Shown in pieces: positions 61,178 through 64,000 of a DNA stretch of 64,000 bases. The number at the start of each line of letters is the position of its first letter. The first letter of the stretch is position 1. Under the pieces are notes generated by a model. It saw only the letters and a program-made list of their open reading frames with translations, did not search any database and was not told the DNA's origin. Source of the DNA: an uncultured Acidobacteriota bacterium (GTDB lineage Bacteria; Acidobacteriota; Vicinamibacteria; Vicinamibacterales; SCN-69-37); the NCBI GenBank assembly GCA_963780895.1, contig CAWAEG010000007.1, positions 128,289-192,288 on the forward strand, in the 5' to 3' direction. The position numbers and the translations under genes are program-made.

Positions 61178-62452
61178 TCAGGAAAGCATCGCCATCGCCT
61201 CGTCGGCATAGCGGCCCTGCCGGAGCAGGTCAGCCATCAGCCGCATGGGGCGATCGACATGAGTAAAAAACGCTTTGTAGCCGGCGCAGAGATAGTTCAA
61301 GCCCGGCTCGCCGTCCGGCGTCGAGATGAACCGGTTCCGCGGGCACTCGCCGTTGCAGGCGAACTTCACGGCGCATTCGCGGCAGTACTTTGGGAGCGTA
61401 TCGCGCTTGGCGCGCCCGAACTCGAGCTGCTGCTTCGACGAGACGAGCTGAAGCATGTGGACTTCCTGGATGTTGCCGAGCTTGTACTTCGGCTCCACGA
61501 AGTGGTCGCACGAATAGAGATCGCCGTTGTGCTCGAGCGCGAGCGCGGTGCCGCAGGTTTCCGAGAAGATGCACATGGAGGCGGGCAGGCCCAGCCACGA
61601 CGCGAGCGCCGCGTCGAACATCTGCACGTAGACCTTGCCGACATCGCGCTTGACCCATTCGTCGAAGACGCCGATCAGGAATCGGCCCCACTGCTCGGAC
61701 CCGACCGAGCGGTCCGTCACCAGGCTGCCTTCGAGCGTGTACAGAGGACGCGGGTCGCTCCCGCGTTCGCTCCAACCGCCATTGGCCACAGGAAGCGTCT
61801 CGGGCGTCGCGCGCTCGACGATCGGGATGAACTGGATGAAATTGGTTCGGAGCGCGTCGCGAAAGAAACGATAGACCTCGACCGGGTGACCGGCGTTCCC
61901 GGCGTGTACCGTACATAAGATGTTGACGTCGACACCGTGCCGGTTGAGACACTCCCAGCCGCGCATCACGTCGTCGAACGTGCCTTGGCCGCCCTTGTCC
62001 ACACGATAGGCATCGTGCATTTGGCGCGGGCCGTCGACGCTCAACCCCACGAGGACTTCGTGCTTCTTGAGGAACGCGCACCAATCGTCGTTGAGCCGCG
62101 TGCCGTTGGTCTGGACGGTGTAGGTGACCTTCTGCCCCGGGCGCTGGTACTTCCGGACGTACTCGACCGAGCGCTCGAAGAACTCGAGGCCCATCAGCGT
62201 CGGCTCGCCGCCCTGCCAGCCGACGATGATCTCGGGTCCGGGCTGCGACTCGATGAGCTGGCGAATGTACGTGTCGAGCAGCTCGTCCGCCATCCGGAAC
62301 CGGCTGCCCGGGTACAGCAGCTCCTTTGAAAGAAAAAAGCAGTATTTGCAGTCGAGGTTGCAGATAGCCCCGGTCGGCTTGGCCAGCAGATGAAACGGCG
62401 TCGGGGCGAGCGCAGGTCTCGTCGGCATTGTGGTGACGGCCGTCAGGGGCAA
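61178..62452 (-). CDS. anaerobic sulfatase-maturating enzyme (radical SAM/SPASM)
   Basis: CNLDCKYCF radical-SAM cluster motif, and C-terminal SPASM Cys clusters (CDHF..., CRECAVKFACNGECP). Immediately upstream of the sulfatase. Confidence 0.9.
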   Translation of the reverse strand: MPLTAVTTMPTRPALAPTPFHLLAKPTGAICNLDCKYCFFLSKELLYPGSRFRMADELLDTYIRQLIESQPGPEIIVGWQGGEPTLMGLEFFERSVEYVRKYQRPGQKVTYTVQTNGTRLNDDWCAFLKKHEVLVGLSVDGPRQMHDAYRVDKGGQGTFDDVMRGWECLNRHGVDVNILCTVHAGNAGHPVEVYRFFRDALRTNFIQFIPIVERATPETLPVANGGWSERGSDPRPLYTLEGSLVTDRSVGSEQWGRFLIGVFDEWVKRDVGKVYVQMFDAALASWLGLPASMCIFSETCGTALALEHNGDLYSCDHFVEPKYKLGNIQEVHMLQLVSSKQQLEFGRAKRDTLPKYCRECAVKFACNGECPRNRFISTPDGEPGLNYLCAGYKAFFTHVDRPMRLMADLLRQGRYADEAMAMLS

Positions 62453-62511
62453 GACGCGGGCCAGCCCCTGATGCCCGACCGCCGCGGCTCCGCGACCTGC
62501 CGGCGCCGGCC

Positions 62512-62529
62512 GTCACGACATGTCGTGAC
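62512..62529. promoter_or_regulatory. 18-bp perfect palindrome gtcacgacatgtcgtgac in a divergent intergenic region (candidate operator)
   Basis: Perfect dyad between the anSME gene (-) and the DUF4136 gene (+). No cognate regulator is identified in the window. Confidence 0.3.
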
Positions 62530-62616
62530 CGAATGCCGTTCGGCAGTTACCGCCAGTGGGGACACGGCGCGAAGAAGTCGGTGGGCGTCGGCCGGAGACT
62601 TGCTTTACCCTAGGGC

Positions 62617-63204
62617 ATGACCCATCTGAACCGCATCGCCCTGATGACCTTGCTGATGGCGGTGTCCGTCACGACCGTGTTCGCCGTCAGCACGAAGATC
62701 CAGCGCGACCCGAAGTTCGATTTCTCCAAGTTGAAGACCTGGTCCTGGAATCCGTCCGGGCCGGGGGACGTGAAGGTCATTCTGACGGCCGACTCGAAGT
62801 CGGAGCCGGTCAAGCGGCAGTACGAGCCGGCGCTGATGCAGGCGGTCGAGGAGCAGCTGAGTGCGCGAGGGTACACGCGCGCCCCCGCAGCCCCGGCCGA
62901 CTTCGTCGTGACGTATTACGTCTTCGTGACCGCCGGAACCTCCTCGAGTTACGCGGGCCAGGACCTTCCGTCCAATGCGAACTACGGGATCCCGCCGTTT
63001 GCCCCGCAAACCACGAACGTCTCGATGTATCCCAAGGGGACGCTCGTGCTCGACGTGGCGTCGCCCACGCCGACGACTCCGGTTTGGCGCGGGATTGCCG
63101 AGGCGAAGATCGAGGAAGCGAAGACCGACGCCGAGCGTGAGACGCGCCTCCGGGGCATCATCAAGGACCTGGTGTCGAAGTTCCCGAAGAGGACAGGAAG
63201 CTAG
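62617..63204 (+). CDS. DUF4136-like secreted/lipoprotein
   Basis: Signal peptide. FDFSKLKTWSW..., DFVVTYYV and GTLVLDV...VWRGIAEA follow the pattern I associate with DUF4136. Confidence 0.6.
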   Translation: MTHLNRIALMTLLMAVSVTTVFAVSTKIQRDPKFDFSKLKTWSWNPSGPGDVKVILTADSKSEPVKRQYEPALMQAVEEQLSARGYTRAPAAPADFVVTYYVFVTAGTSSSYAGQDLPSNANYGIPPFAPQTTNVSMYPKGTLVLDVASPTPTTPVWRGIAEAKIEEAKTDAERETRLRGIIKDLVSKFPKRTGS

Positions 63205-63410
63205 CTAGATTCCGACCCGGCGTTCGGCTGTCGTTTGAAGGCCGCCGCATGCTCGTCGCACAGTACGACAGCGCCCCCGATTTCTCTCACGAACCCGGCA
63301 ACCGATGTCGCGATGTTCGGACAATCGGGTGCATCGCACATGAACTCTGCGAGTTTTTCTTCCCGGCCATCCGGCGCGACGAACCCTGTTCGTATCGCCA
63401 CCCGAGGCAT
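63201..63410 (-). CDS. hypothetical small Cys-containing protein (69 aa)
   Basis: ATG at 63410 with GGAGGTGG 9 nt upstream (MPRVAIRTGF...CDAPDCPN...LCDEH). The longer track ORF would run into the divergent promoter of the next gene. Confidence 0.45.
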   Translation of the reverse strand: MPRVAIRTGFVAPDGREEKLAEFMCDAPDCPNIATSVAGFVREIGGAVVLCDEHAAAFKRQPNAGSESS

Positions 63411-63602
63411 AGGCACCACCTCCGTGGTGTACGGCTTCAAGAGTCGATCCAATAACGCCTTGGGTAGTTTTGGGCGTAAATCCGCCCATTCCCAGCCGGA
63501 GGGCAGCACCCGGACATTTTTGTGGGCATCGGCAGCATCGGATTTCGTCCTCCGGATGCGAAGCCTGAACCGAGCCTGCACGGTTGGTAGAATCGCGTCT
63601 CC

Positions 63603-64000
63603 ATGAAATCCACGTTCCTGCCCGCTTGTCTTCTGGCCGCGGCCGTTGCCGCCGCTGCGCAATCACCGGACCTGGCGTCGGAAGGGAAGAGCTGGTGGGC
63701 GCACGTCCAGTTTCTCGCCGACGACAAACTCGAGGGCCGGAACGTCGGGACACCGGGTCTCGACAAAGCCGTCGAGTACGTCGAGAGTCAGTTCCAGGCG
63801 ATTGGGTTGAAGCCGGCCGGCACGACGGGATTCCGACAGCCGGTGAAACTCGACAGCCGGTTGCTCGTGCCGGATCAGTCGAGTATTGCGCTGGTGCGCG
63901 AGGGCAAAGAAGTGCCGCTCGTCATCGGCCAGGACGCCTCGCTCAGCGCTCGGGCCGAGCTGGACGGATCGATGGAAGCGCCCATGGTGTTCGTCGGCTA
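63603..64000 (+). CDS. M28-family peptidase (PA-domain type), N-terminal part; continues past the right edge
   Basis: Not in the ORF track because it has no stop. The ATG at 63603 gives MKSTFLPACLLAAAVAAAAQSPDLASEGKSWWAHVQFLADDKLEGRNVGTPGLDKAVEYVESQFQAIGLKPAG..., a typical M28 opening. Confidence 0.65.
   Translation, partial: MKSTFLPACLLAAAVAAAAQSPDLASEGKSWWAHVQFLADDKLEGRNVGTPGLDKAVEYVESQFQAIGLKPAGTTGFRQPVKLDSRLLVPDQSSIALVREGKEVPLVIGQDASLSARAELDGSMEAPMVFVG

Noticed and set aside
1-64000. tRNA, rRNA, transposase, integrase or prophage genes
   Set aside because: I scanned the intergenic regions and ORF translations. I found no T-loop-type GGTTCGAATCC contexts outside coding or repeat sequence, no DDE/tyrosine-recombinase motifs and no phage structural genes. 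Small RNAs cannot be excluded by eye.

Overview
Visibly GC-rich bacterial chromosomal segment. The gene content (many secreted or lipoprotein hypotheticals, an ADOP/FtsX-type permease remnant, PQQ and GH109-like enzymes) suggests Acidobacteriota, but that is inference only. No searches were run: every family call rests on motifs read by eye in the ORF-track translations, and most coordinates were checked against the nucleotide sequence. I support about 60 protein-coding genes and found no rRNA, tRNA, CRISPR array, transposase or integrase. The left third (1-24 kb) and right third (44-64 kb) are mostly housekeeping or envelope genes: CN-hydrolase, ATP-grasp, PPTase/FabD, cytochrome c, TDO, an ArsR operon, LanC-like, MATE, GH109-like plus a GHMP kinase, HupE, MBL, PQQ dehydrogenase, M43 and FG-GAP metalloproteases, and a sulfatase with anSME. 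The stretch at 24-44 kb looks accessory and is dense in immunity or cell-death-type domains. It holds an alpha-dioxygenase-like haem peroxidase, a macro-like+CHAT protease, and a SIR2-like gene translationally coupled to a membrane-anchored nSTAND-type NTPase. It also holds a compact operon of calcineurin-like phosphoesterase, trypsin-like protease, caspase-like protease and an unknown module. That operon and the SIR2/STAND pair are my best candidates for an undescribed conflict system. Other signals are listed separately: three or four families of long structured palindromic intergenic repeats (one with compensatory stem changes between copies), and a ~100-nt inverted-repeat element shared by the leaders of the PPTase and SIR2 genes. 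There are also twin palindromic terminators that contain both stop codons of a convergent gene pair, a predicted leaderless ArsR transcript, and an unusual number of frame-disrupted or internally deleted genes (MATE, STAND NTPase, caspase-like gene, an OM barrel, ICMT-like, erythromycin-esterase-like, FtsX remnant). Those disruptions may reflect either real gene decay or assembly indels.
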